In this document: positions 1 to 12,410 of the stretch, piece by piece | Position numbering within the stretch: the first letter of the stretch is position 1 | How the letters are laid out: every line of letters begins with the position of its first letter | DNA from: Octopus sinensis | Lineage: Eukaryota | Assembly (NCBI RefSeq): GCF_006345805.1 | Contig: NC_043001.1 | Span: 119,350,001 to 119,414,000, forward strand | Length of the DNA: 64,000 nt | Reading direction: 5' to 3' | Program-made: the position numbers and the translations under genes | The notes under the pieces: generated by a model | Told to the model about the DNA's origin: nothing | Database searches by the model: none | Seen by the model: the letters and a program-made list of their open reading frames with translations, nothing else

Positions 1-199
1 CACGCGCACATATTTGGTCAGGAAACCTATGAGAACATTCTGACCAGTTGCATTCCGTAACTAATAATTTATTGTTTGGGTATATGTTAAGTTACGTTGG
101 TAGCTTATCTTTGTGGCTTCATGATAGCCGAGTTCCCGACTGGAGTATTTACAGTGGGGTTCCACTTGATCCTTTCAAATCAAATTATATATATATTAT

Positions 200-246
<47 letters not shown>

Positions 247-248
<2 letters not shown>

Positions 249-356
249 GAAATTTACCGAAAAAGGAAAGACGAAAACAGGTGTATGAACAACGAACAGG
301 TGTATTAGTTTGACGCTCGGGAAAATGTGAGAAAGTCATTCTCGTTTCGAGCCTCA
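247..356 (-). mobile_element. Fragment of (TA)n-embedded repeat family 3 (HHR-like, Penelope-type remnant)
   Basis: Alignable by eye to 16475-16550 and 33583-33700 (aaagacgaa.cagg...tgtattagt...gtttcgagcc); (TA)n on both sides. Confidence 0.6.
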
Positions 357-365
357 ATATATATA

Positions 366-427
<62 letters not shown>

Positions 428-1685
428 GTATGTATGTATATGTATGTTTATACACACTAAAGAGAAACAAAGAAACAAAAATGATAAAGGAGCAGAACTG
501 TCAGTGAGTTATCGGAATCAAAATTAATATTACCTGTATATGAGGAATATACGACGGGAGGTGTAAATATAAAATATGAAATCTTTGAAAATAAAATAAA
601 CGAGAAAAACAAAATGCACGTAAATAACGTTGAAATAAGTTTAGTTTATAGATTAGAAAGGTAGATAGAAGACAGTTAGGTACATACATACATACATACA
701 TACATACATACATACATACATACATACATACATACATACATACATACATACATACATACATACACACATGTATGCATGTATGCATGCATGCATACGTACA
801 TACATACTTTTATAACACAGAAACAGACAGAAAATGAGGTCGGGTAGCGACTGTGAGATAAAACTGCGGTAGGGAATATTTAGAAAAGACTAAACTGAAT
901 GCAGTTATATATGTTTATATATGTGTATGCGTGTTTTTTTAGTGTGTGAGTATGTGTGTGTGAGTTTGTGTGTGAGTGTGTGTTCATGTATATATATATT
1001 TTTTTACGCCTATATACATCCTCGCATAAAACGCACACACCCTTCATGCACACGTGTATGTGTATGTATACATGCACCTATACATATATATGTATTTATA
1101 TATGCATCTATGTACGTACGCATATATATATATATGTACGTGTGTATATATATATTTATGTGCATATATATGTATATAGGTATAGCAAGATCAAGTGAAC
1201 AGTAAATAAATGAGGAAAGCGTCAATGTTGATATCTTGAAAAACCGTGAGTAAGATACTGCTTTTAAGTTTAATAATGCTTGAAAGAAGATGGCTGATAA
1301 ATTCTAGTTTCTATGATAGACTCAAATTCTGCGATGTGATTTCACCACCGGCTTTTTTTTTTTCTTGGTATTTTTGTTCACTTTGTACGATTTCACATTT
1401 TGGTTTTTACTTTCAAATTATTATTGCAATTTTTAGTGGTCTTTCTTTTTAAATTTGATTTTATTTCTCATGTTCTGAATAGCAAAAATAAAAAAGAAAA
1501 GCAAATCATAAACAAAACCGCTTTTGATTCAAAGAGTCGAGAATTTTCAACGTACACAAGAAAGAATGTAAGCGTTCTGACACGCGCACGCACACCTGCG
1601 GAGACACAGCCTCACAGACATATAAGCACAGTCAGACAAGCACATTTCTACAAGTACGTATATGGGTATTTGTGTATGTATGTGC

Positions 1686-1758
<73 letters not shown>

Positions 1759-1823
1759 GTGTGTGTGTGCTTGTGAGTGTGTATGTATATATATGTGTAT
1801 ATATATATATATATTATATATAT

Positions 1824-2080
1824 AGAGAGAGAGAGAGAGAGAGATTAACGAGTATATATATGCATGTATAAATATATATATATAGATATATATTCATATA
1901 TAAGTATATATCTGTGTATATATATATATGAAAATATATTAGTATATATATGTATATATTTATGTGTATATATACTTCAATATGTATGTATATATATGTT
2001 TGTGTGTTTGTATGTTGTACACACACACATATATACATATATATAGTACATACTCGCATGCATTATATATGTATGTATAT

Positions 2081-2125
<45 letters not shown>

Positions 2126-2353
2126 TAACGAGTATATATATGCATGTATAAATATATATATATATAGATATATATTCATATATAAGTATATATCTGTGTA
2201 TATATATATATGAAAATATATTAGTATATATATGTATATATTTATGTGTATATATACTTCAATATGTATGTATATATATGTTTGTGTGTTTGTATGTTGT
2301 ACACACACACATATATACATATATATAGTACATACTCGCATGCATTATATATG

Positions 2354-2358
<5 letters not shown>
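1824..2358. repeat. Tandem duplication of about 280 bp of low-complexity sequence
   Basis: attaacgag at 1844 and 2124; catactcgca at 2049 and 2331; unique parts near-identical. Confidence 0.9.
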
Positions 2359-2411
<53 letters not shown>

Positions 2412-3546
2412 TATATACATGCATACAAATACGCATGCCTATATACATATATATGTCTGTATATATGTATGCACCTGTATCAAAGTACATCTAAGACATG
2501 TATTCTGTGAAGATTTCTATATACTGAAGGTAGTGAACTGTGAAGATTACACTGAAGATGTTTATTATATGGTAATTACTTTTGCGCAGTTATTAAACTT
2601 AGATACACTATTATGCAAACATGTTCATATAGAAACATTAGCCAACTCTCGCTGTCACGTATTCTGCAATTCTAAACCTTACATCAGTTGCTGCTAAATA
2701 TTATTTCTCCGTCTTTCGATGATTGAAGAAATGTACTTGACATCTCTGCTCTTATAATCAATCAAAGATGCCCAACAATTTAAAGAAAAATCTTAAATAC
2801 CTCTTCAGTATTTAGATTTATTAATAAGTACGGTTGATAGTATAGTCAATCTCACGAAACTTGTATGTATGAGAAAGTAATGTTGTGTACTTATTTGTAA
2901 TTTCATACTCCGTCATATGTTAAACTGAATTATAACCGTCACTCGCAAAGGAATATCACTTGATGATAGGTGCCAGTATTTCACTAATTCCTTTAACTGT
3001 GATGGGGCAGAGACACCGTAGAGGCACCCCTAAACTTGCACCAGCAGAAATATTAAGATGCGTATGATTGTTTAAAATCGTGGTAAAATAGCTATATTAC
3101 TGTACTGTCTTTCTTCAATAACCCTCTTAAGAGTTACTGAAGTAATTTTAATTGGCTAATTTAGTCGACTTATGATGCATCATAAAAGCAGACTTAAATT
3201 AATCATCTAATATTTTCAGCATAAATATGTTACAGCATAATTATATAACGCTGTAAGGCATTAGACATGCCGTGGTCCGCCTTAATTCACGCATTATCTA
3301 TAAACGATTTTAAAATTTATTATAGAATATAAAAAATCTGGGTTTGTATGTGTGTACATAATCTCTATTTTCTTGGAGCGTATTTTAAGTCTTTCAATGT
3401 AATCTTTAACGTTATCTCCGTTTTCATAATTGATTTCGTATTCAGAAACTTATGTAAGTCGGACGTTTTTTTTTTTGAGAATATTTTTATGGTAAAATTT
3501 TGTATTTTGATAGTAAAATTCAGTAGTTATTATTAAATTGCCTTTA

Positions 3547-3730
3547 AGGATGCGAGCTGGCAGAATCGTTAACACGTCGGACGAAATGCTCAGTAGCAGT
3601 CTGTCCGTTTTCTCGCTTTGAGTTCAAATTCCGCCGAGGTCGACTTTGTCTTCGGGATCGATAAAATATAAGTACCAGATGAGTACTGGGGTCGATACAG
3701 TCGAATTACCCCCCACCCCAAAATTTCTGT
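3547..3730 (+). mobile_element. tRNA-derived SINE, family A (gcgagctggcagaatcgtt...gagttcaaattccgccgaggtcgacttt...aagtaccag)
   Basis: Pol III A/B-box-like head and a central domain shared with 9 other copies in the window. Confidence 0.9.
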
Positions 3731-4757
3731 CTTTATGCTAAAAATTTGACACCATTATTACATTGTTTTTGCTCTTGAAATTTTACAATATTTTAATGAA
3801 GAATTTATAGTATTTATATACAGTCGTCTTTTGTACTTATAAACAATGTCCCATAGTTTTATTGAATTCGTAAAAATCTAACCAAAATTATTAGTGATGA
3901 TTGTACAATTATTTCCCAGTTTTGTTGGCGTTTGACTGAATCTCATGTCTTTCTTACCAATTTTTTGCCTGAGAGAATTTTTGAAGTTTTTATGATTTAA
4001 ATCTAAAACACTAGACTTCGTCTTCTGATACAAACGTCGACTGTATATAAATTCTATTATTTTTTCATAAAAATATTGTAAAGATGCAAAAGCGAGGAAG
4101 ACATTGAAAATGAATACCAAACAAAATTATACGGCTGTAAGGTTTTTACAAAATATCCGACTTGCTTTTACGTTCTTGAAAAAGAATAATTTTATGAACA
4201 GAAAGATTACGGGAAAAGCTAAACAGATGGAATTAAATAAGCTGTAAAAAATACAAAAGTGACTATACATAGATATACAAACCCAGATTTTTCAGTGAAT
4301 TATTTCTATTCGGATAAAGTCAGTTTTTATGACATTATTTTAAAAATTTCCCAATTGCTTTATAACAAGAAATATTTTAGTGGAAAATAATGTACTTACT
4401 TTACAAAAAGCATATTTACCTTACGAACCAATGAAGATTTTCTTTAATAGTGTACTTACCAGAAATATAAAGCAGTTTAAAGCAGTAGAAGGAACTGCAT
4501 CAAAATAGGTCTAGAGCAGAAGTAACTGTTTTATTGAGTGAATGTTTTACTAACTCTATCGCATCTCTTATTATTACTTTTGTCTTTGAGGGTGAAATAT
4601 TCATGGCCATTTGACAATTAAATATCTTTGTATATTTAGTGTGACATCATTCAAATTATGCATTGTAGCACCACTAAGATCATAAAACTTGAAAATCATT
4701 TTGATCTAGGGATAACGTGACTGACGGACAGCGTAACAGTAATCTTATATACATAAA

Positions 4758-5508
4758 TCTATAATAATAAATGCCAAAACGAATTTCTGTGTGTCAGTGT
4801 GTCACCCTTAGACCCCTTCTCTCACTATTCAATGACACTTCTACTATTCCTCATTGTTGAGATGAGAGTAATACTAGGCATGTAATACTAGGTGGGTGCG
4901 GTAGTAGATTGCCAGTGTGATAGTAATGGGGTGGTTGTAATAGTATGAGTTATAGTTGTGATAGAGGCAGAAGTGACGGTGATGGTGGTGGTGGTAGCCG
5001 AGGTAGTCAGAAATGACGTTGATAGTAAGCGATGTGAAAGATAGTGGTGATAGTGGTGATGTTGGTGGTGGAGGGGAAGGTGTCAAAGTCAAAGTTATTG
5101 ATGGCGGTGGCGTCAGAAGTCTGAATGGCGCATGTATGTCAGTTGTGGTGGTGATGGTGGTGGTACTGGGATGGTAATGGTTTAAAACAATCAACAGAAA
5201 GAGAGAGAGAGAGGAAAGAAAGAACGAAAGAAAGAAAGAGGTTAGATAGAAAAAATTGCTCTGACCCACGGATGGGAAAACAAAAGCATGTTGGTTATCA
5301 TGCAGCGTTGCAATAACTTCCAAGCTGATAAATTATGTCATTGTTTCGATGAAAATTGTTCATTGCTAGAAAAATATAGGCCAAGCTTAATAAAATTTGA
5401 TAAATATTCAATGCATGAAGTGTCATTGTTGGGTCCAAGGCCCAATGAAAAGCCCTCCTCATGAGGTAGTTTAAAAACCGCCCTACAGGGCGGCTTTTAA
5501 GCAACTAC
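4758..5508 (+). mobile_element. Possible non-autonomous Helitron-like element
   Basis: A|TCTATAATAATAAA start at 4758; GC hairpin ccgccc-taca-gggcgg at 5478-5493, followed 12 nt later by CTAC (canonical end is CTRR). Confidence 0.35.
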
Positions 5509-5936
5509 ATAAATATATACATTCATACACACACACGCACACACACATACGTGCCAGACATGTATACACACACACACACACACATATGTGTGTCTGTGTG
5601 TGTGTGAAGAATAAGGAAATGGAGATATTGAAGTTAATGAGTTTATTATCATCAAAAATCTATCATTATCTCTTACAGCTTAAAAAATATTCAAATCATA
5701 TTTCTGAGCTTAATCTCTTCAGAGAGGAAAACAATTTACCTTTAGAAATATTATGTGTTAGTTGTTTGAATTATCTCGGCAGATATCCTCCATATCTCCA
5801 GTTTCTTATTCTTCATTTACATGATTAATAACCTTGGTTTATATACAAACTTATTATTTTAAAGATATTAACCACACCCACAAAAAAACATTAGATATTG
5901 AACCAGTTTTTTCTTTGGATGATACCTTCCCTTTAT

Positions 5937-6305
5937 GAGGTGGCTGTGTGGTAAGTAGCTTGCTTACCAACCACTCGGTTCCAGGTTCAGTCCCACTGCG
6001 TGGCACCTTGACCAAAGCCTTGAGAGTGGATTTGGGCGACGGCAACTAAAAGAAGCCCGTCGTATATATGTATATATATATTTATGTTTCTGTGTCTGTG
6101 TTTGTCCTCCCGACATCGCTTGACAACCGATGATGGTGTATTTACGTCCCTGTAACTTAGCGGTTCGGCAAAAGAGACCGATAGAATAAGTACTAGGCTT
6201 ACAAAGAATAAGTACTGGGGTCGATTTGCTCGAATAAATGCGGTGCTCCAGCATGACCACAGTCAGATGACTGAAACAAGTAGAAGAGTAGAAGAGTAAA
6301 GAGTA
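5937..6305 (+). mobile_element. tRNA-derived SINE, family B (CORE-like gtggcaccttgggcaagtgtc domain, internal microsatellite, tail ending gactgaaacaagtaaaagag)
   Basis: Near full length; about 30-bp internal deletion after caccttg relative to 12205-12693. Confidence 0.9.
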
Positions 6306-6325
6306 TATATATATATATATATAAA

Positions 6326-6362
6326 TAAATAGATAGATAGATAGATAGATAGACAGATAGAC

Positions 6363-6432
<70 letters not shown>

Positions 6433-6438
6433 ATAGAC

Positions 6439-6513
<75 letters not shown>
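6326..6513. repeat. (GATA)n microsatellite
   Basis: Direct reading. Similar arrays at 8110-8160, 12707-12838, 19850-20020, 29370-29418 and 42360-42412. Confidence 0.98.
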
Positions 6514-6515
<2 letters not shown>

Positions 6516-6984
6516 TGTATGGGTAAGATCCAAGGATCAAGGTGTACGAAGTTAGTGAGCTTCAAGCGATCCGTAGAAGATATAAAAAACAACTCCCAGG
6601 TGCAATAGCGATTTATTGGTGCGCAAATTATGTGTTACTCTCGAGCTGTACTTTCTATGCAGGGATGAGCTTGTTTCTTCTCTGTCTGTCTGAACCCTCC
6701 CCCACTGGTGGTACCCTCCATCATACCTACAATCCCCTTCTTTCTGGGAATATGGGAAATATCCACAGAAGACGTCGTCAATCTTAATGCATTATAATAT
6801 ACAAAAGTTTCGAGGCATTGGTGTTTGCATCCCAATTATGCGAACATTAAACTCTGCTAGTGAACAAATGCTTCCGCATTCTTGTACTTGGGTTAGTCAT
6901 TGGACTTCAATTATGATATGGCACTACTTTGAAGGATTTAGCCAAAACGGTATTTATTTTTTTAAAAATCTGTCAGTAATTTTC

Positions 6985-7232
6985 ATTGGCTTAGGTTGAC
7001 GAAGCGCTAAGTTGCAGAGACATAAGCAAACCAGCACTACTTGCCAAGTGACGGCGGGCGGTGACAAAGATAAACACTCACACGAACACACACATACGAC
7101 TGAGTATCCTCAACGTTGTCGTCAACCAGATTCTCACGTGCGTCGGCCCGAGGCTATAACAGAAACACTTGCCCACGTTTCAGCGCTGTGAAGCTGAACC
7201 GGAAACCAGGTGGTTTCAAAGCAAGCTTCTTA
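6985..7232 (-). mobile_element. Old SINE family B copy
   Basis: gtcggcccgaggctataacagaaacacttgccc matches the reverse complement of the family B core; diverged. Confidence 0.75.
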
Positions 7233-7592
7233 TTTACATTTGTATATTTATGTGCTCTCTGTCTGTCTCTCTCTTATCTACCTATTTATCTACGCACATG
7301 CACACACACACGCACACTCAAATGTATAATATGCGTGTGTGTATGTACGTATATAAATCGATATGTAGGAAGATAGAACGATATATATATAACAATGATA
7401 AATATCAAAGTGAGTTATATACAGTAGCGGTAACACATCGTGACGTATTTTTGCCATTTCAATATGGCTAACCCCTAAGGGTGGATGCTACTGTAGTTTT
7501 TAGCCCCAGGAGGACACACTCCTCCAGCTGGCCATAGACACATTTTCTGTGTCCTGTCAGTATTTGCAAAGGGAAGTCATCCTTCCCGTCTT

Positions 7593-7662
7593 CAACTTAT
7601 GATACACACGGACTCGAGTTTCGAGGTATTGACCTCTCGTCAGCGTGTGACAATCATAGTTG
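7593..7662 (-). ncRNA. Type I hammerhead ribozyme (mirror copy of 7839-7908)
   Basis: Exact reverse complement of the plus-strand HHR; predicted cleavage between 7611 and 7610 on the minus strand. Confidence 0.9.
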
Positions 7663-7838
7663 TCGCCGAGAATTAGATTTCCTTCACAAATACTTATACT
7701 TTTTCCAGCGCCCACTGTCGCTGATATTGAAAAAGTGAAATCAAACAATGATAAATATCAAAGTGAGTTATATACAGTAGCGGTAACACATCGTGACGTA
7801 TTTTTGCCATTTCAATATGGCTAACCAATTCTCGGCGA

Positions 7839-7908
7839 CAACTATGATTGTCACACGCTGACGAGAGGTCAATACCTCGAAACTCGAGTCCGTGTGTATC
7901 ATAAGTTG
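7839..7908 (+). ncRNA. Type I hammerhead ribozyme
   Basis: Stem I CACACG(7852-57)/CGTGTG(7891-96), extended by TATGAT/ATCATA and CAAC/GTTG. Core CTGACGA 7858-64. Stem II GAGG-TCAATA-CCTC. GAA. Stem III AC-TCGA-GT. GUC triplet ends at 7890. Confidence 0.9.
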
Positions 7909-8060
7909 AAGACGGGAAGGATGACTTCCCTTTGCAAATACTGACAGGACACATAAAGTGTGTCTATGGCCAGCTGGAGGAGTGTGTCCTCCTGGGGCTA
8001 AAAACTACAGTAGCATCCACCCTTAGGGGTTAGCCATATTGAAATGGCAAAAATACGTCA

Positions 8061-8111
<51 letters not shown>

Positions 8112-8194
8112 TAGATACATAGATAGATAGATAGATAGATAGATACATAGATAGATAGATAATCGATACATATTACACTCACACATACCGCCAC

Positions 8195-8234
<40 letters not shown>

Positions 8235-8953
8235 CGAAACTGCCCTGCCTTTTGGGCAAGCCGGATTATTCTAGCTTTCTATACTGTTTAATGCATTTCC
8301 TCCAGTTATATAAACGAAATGTAATAAATTATGAATCTAATTTCCTAAATGTTTTGCCACACATTTAAAAATTTTTCTGTAGTTCAAACTTCGTCTCCCT
8401 CTAGCCTAGAATTTCTCCTCTCTTCTACCATCTAACTAATTATTAGGAACATAAGCGGTAAAGAGAGTATGAGAGTGATGTTTCTAATTGAAGACCTCAT
8501 TTCATTTTATGAATTTATAATTGAATTTCTTATCAAGAAATCTAATTGAAAAGCGTTTTAATTTATTTGCTACATTACTGCTCTAGTTGATATTGTTGTT
8601 GTTGTTGTTGATGATGATGATGGTGATATTTATGATGGTGACGATGACAGCGATGAATGCTTATGATGCTTATGATACTTATGTTGATGGTGTTGGTGAT
8701 GTTGATAATAATAACAATAATTACGATGGTGTTAATGTTGATTATTATGATGACGGTGATGATGATAATGATGATGATGACGACGACGGCGACGATGATA
8801 ATAACCTGTTGAGCCAAAGTGCAATTTGAAGAAAAAGACCAAGGAAATGATATTAGCAACTTAAGACATGGATAAGCCCTCAATATAAATTGGATCTAGG
8901 ATATGAGAGATAAAGAGGACTGTTCACGATGATAAAGACAAATGAAACGTTAC

Positions 8954-9219
8954 CCCCTCCTCATTCTATCAGAATACTCATCGCTAGCTCGAAATGGATG
9001 CAGATGTAATGAAATTCGATGTTTTTCTGGCGGTTTATTTTTCAACGCACGGAAAAAAACGATGTCCATTATGTGAGAAAAGAAATGAAAGCCTTTGAAA
9101 ACGAATTTGTTCTGGCAATTTTCTATACAAACCGAAACGAGAATGGAGCACAATATGCCGGAAATTGTAGCCTCTGAGAAGAAGACATTATGTCTTGTAA
9201 TTGGTGTGGCGCATATTTG
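8954..9219 (-). other. Candidate exon (266 nt, one open frame QICATPITRHNVFF...EYSDRMRR)
   Basis: Pyrimidine tract over 40 nt plus tag acceptor; GG|GTAACG donor; no recognisable homology. Confidence 0.25.
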
Positions 9220-10334
9220 CTACCAAAATTGAAAGACAGGAGAAAGAAAATAAAAGCAAAAGAGAAAAACACAAAAATACCAGTATTTACCAACTTGTAT
9301 AAAATAATCAAATAATGAAATGAAGGGGTAACAAGGTTATCATCCTGATATTTGTATCTGTAACGAATAATTTGAGAGTCAACTTTGGGAGTAGAAGGTG
9401 CAAGGTCAAAAAAAAAAACTGTTTGCCTGGTTCCGCAAGTATTATATGGGAAGTGGACGGTGCAAAGTAATAAGAAATATTAACAGAATAAAGACGGAAA
9501 ACTTTAATAGGAGAGTCAAGAATACTTCTTATCCCAGATCACGACTTTCGATCCGATAGGGAACATAATTAAACCGGTTACAGCATCAATACACTTTAGT
9601 AATAAACTAATAACAACAACAACAACAACAACAACAATAGTAATGCTATAATTATCAATCTCCTTGTCCTTCTCCCTTACATCTCACTCATCATCATCAA
9701 CATTATTTCATCGTTTTCTGTCGAACTTTATAAGATCGTTTGTTAAATTGGTTGTCAAATTGTCACGGACTTGCGAAATCCCTTGATGTTCGCATGGAAT
9801 GTACATATATATATACACATATATACATATATTTTCTTTGCATATGTATATTCTGTGTGTATGTATATGCGTATGTATATATGTTTGTGTGTTCTCATGT
9901 ATGTAGACACTATTTCGTGATTTATAACTTGGATGCTATTCTTTTTGGTTGTTTTTTTATTCTTCTATAATTAATTATAACAAACACTATATATGAATGA
10001 TGAAGAACGAAAGACTACAATTCAATTGAGATGAACATTAGAAAGCTACTTTATCACATGGCCTATAAAAGGAAACGCGGTAACGTCAGCATGGCGTTGT
10101 ACAGGAGATTGGCAGTCGTTTGGGGAATGGATTCCCTTTTAGTCAAACGAACTATTTACTTGATGGTGTCAACATATGACTGATGAATTTGTGTTACATA
10201 AAAAGAAGCATCATGCAGTCAGAGCTGCAGCTGGATCCAATAGAAAGAGATCCCAATACAATTGAACACTCCAGCCTGGAACTGTGTACCGAAGTGTTCA
10301 CCTGTTTCTAATGGACAACTTGAAAACTTCATAT

Positions 10335-11250
10335 CTTTTATCCCTTGTTTCAGACATTACATTGTAGCCATGCTGGAGCATCACCTTGAAGAATTTTAGT
10401 CAAATGAATCGACCCCAGTATTTATCATTATTATTATTATTATTGAGTGAGAGAGCAGTGCATGCCATCAAAGTGACACTGGGGTAAAAATATACGTGGT
10501 CAAGTATACCCATCATGACTACCCGTCTGATAAGGGTACACTAGGCACATGCATCACAACCATATGAGCGCGACATGGTGATCTCATATCAAGACAAACA
10601 GCACATGACCTTGCAGGTGGGGCCCAGTTAGAATTTTCTTCTGGTCGAGTAACCCATCCCGCTCAAAAGGTTCCTGAATAAGGTTTGTTTAGGGATGTCC
10701 AACGAAACACCCATGTTTCCAGAGGTGAATCATTCAAACCCAAAAGAATCCCTCTCAACACATGGCTATGATGCTACCCCACTACTTTTGCTCGTGATCA
10801 GAGATGCACATATCGCCAGCCACTAAGGGACATGCTCAACTGGTTAAGGTTAAACAACTGACAAGCCAATTTGTGGTATTGAGCAAAATATTTGCTGTAG
10901 ACCATCTTTTATACCAAGACAAAACAATGTACATGATAACACTTCCAATCATTTAAGATGAGAAGCCACGAGAGCCACTGCCTAGTACAGCATCAGTGCG
11001 GTACTTATTCTATCGGTTTCTTTGCCGAATCGCTAAATTACGGGGACATAAACACACCAACACCGATGGTGGGGGGAGGAACCTATGCACATAGAAAAAC
11101 AGATACACGCGCACACATATCTACCAAATTCACTCACAAGGCTTTGGTTGGCCCGTGGTCATAGTAGAAGAAACTTGCCCAATGTGCCGCGTTATAGGAC
11201 TGAACCTGAAACCATGTAGTTGGGAAGCAAACTTATTACATAGTCACGCG
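10335..11250 (-). mobile_element. SINE family B copy split by a nested insertion (tail 10335-10425, head about 10999-11250)
   Basis: The two halves are collinear with the reverse complement of 12205-12693. Confidence 0.85.
10426..10975 (-). mobile_element. About 550-bp (AAT)n-tailed non-coding retroelement
   Basis: Reverse complement aligns along its length with 22598-23090; ends ctctctcactc-(aat)n; no ORF. Confidence 0.85.
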
Positions 11251-12204
11251 TGTATTTTTATTTTCAACTAACAAAATACTTATACCGACTATTTGCATAT
11301 CATATTTATTCTTAGCAGATTCAGGCGCAAATATGCTAGTCGCTTTTCTGTGCGTCACAGGAGAACGCTTCTGTCTTTTATGACAACTGTGTGTGTGTAC
11401 ATAACACACTCGGATCATTGTGGCAAGAGATTCTGGGGCACCGAGGCTTCGACACGTGTTTCGTCAGCCAGAGACACCCGAACATTTGAGTCTTACAAGA
11501 CTCACTAGATTTGTTTTCAATTTCAGCGAACAAAACTGTTTGCTGATCAGAGCCTACATCTACCAACCGATAGTAAATCGTTATTTGTAGCGTATAAAGT
11601 AAGATCCGAGACGATAATATTCATATCTATTCTTAATATATTTATAATTTTAGATTCAAATGTAAATATTCGAGTCGCTCGGGTATACATCACAGAATAA
11701 CTTACGACGACTGCGTTCAAAATACTCAGTCGTTTGTAAATCAGTGAGCCAGCTGTTTACAAATGTCGGCTGTTTGTATAATACTATCTCTTTGATAATT
11801 GGGTAAGGTACGGCGAAAGAAATGTTCTTGTTAGCTGTGGATACAACATAACATTAATATGAGCACCTCACTCTTCTATCAATGATTTCGATTAGAAAAT
11901 GTTGTAAATTAGGGAGGGTATTTCAATGAAAAATAATTTTACTAAAATATGTAAATAATTGTGCTTAAATTTATCATTCGAAACAAATTAATATATTTTT
12001 GATTCTAGAAAATATAATTCATGTCATATAGTGAAGGGGAACTAATTTCAACATGAAGCAACACCAAAACAGAAATACGCACAAACTCGGAATTAACAAG
12101 GAATTGAATATAGCTTTGAATGTGTGTGTGCCTACACACACACACTTGTGTGTATATCTAAGCATGTGTTTATATATACGCCGTGTGTGTGTGTGTGGGG
12201 GGGG

Positions 12205-12360
12205 GTGTAAGAAGTTTGCGTCTCAATCACATGGTTCCTGGTTCACTCCCACTGCGTGGCACCTTGGGCAAGTGTCTCCTACTATAGCCTCGGGCCGACC
12301 AAAGCCTTGTGAGTGGATTTGGTAAACGGAAACTGAAAGAGGCCTGTCGTATATTTATAT

Positions 12361-12410
<50 letters not shown>

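Larger units (their letters stand above)
7391..8064. mobile_element. HHR-bearing retroelement family 1 (Penelope pLTR / retrozyme-like): 353-nt period plus 238-bp inverted arm, within (AT)n
   Basis: 7391-7473 equals 7744-7826 (83-nt direct repeat). 7437-7674 equals the reverse complement of 7827-8064 with 2 mismatches. (AT)n on both flanks. Confidence 0.85.

Noticed and set aside
1824-2358. 280-bp tandem duplication as a functional array
   Set aside because: Two low-complexity units only; slippage or assembly artefact is sufficient.
6727-6853. Minus-strand exon with TAG|GTATGA donor (IDDVFCGYFPYSQKEGDC)
   Set aside because: The good acceptor (6853) gives stops in all frames, and the acceptor giving an open frame has no pyrimidine tract.
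7391-8064. CRISPR array or prokaryotic-type system from the direct and inverted repeats
   Set aside because: Eukaryotic context; no regularly spaced repeats with unique spacers and no cas genes. The structure is explained by the retroelement.
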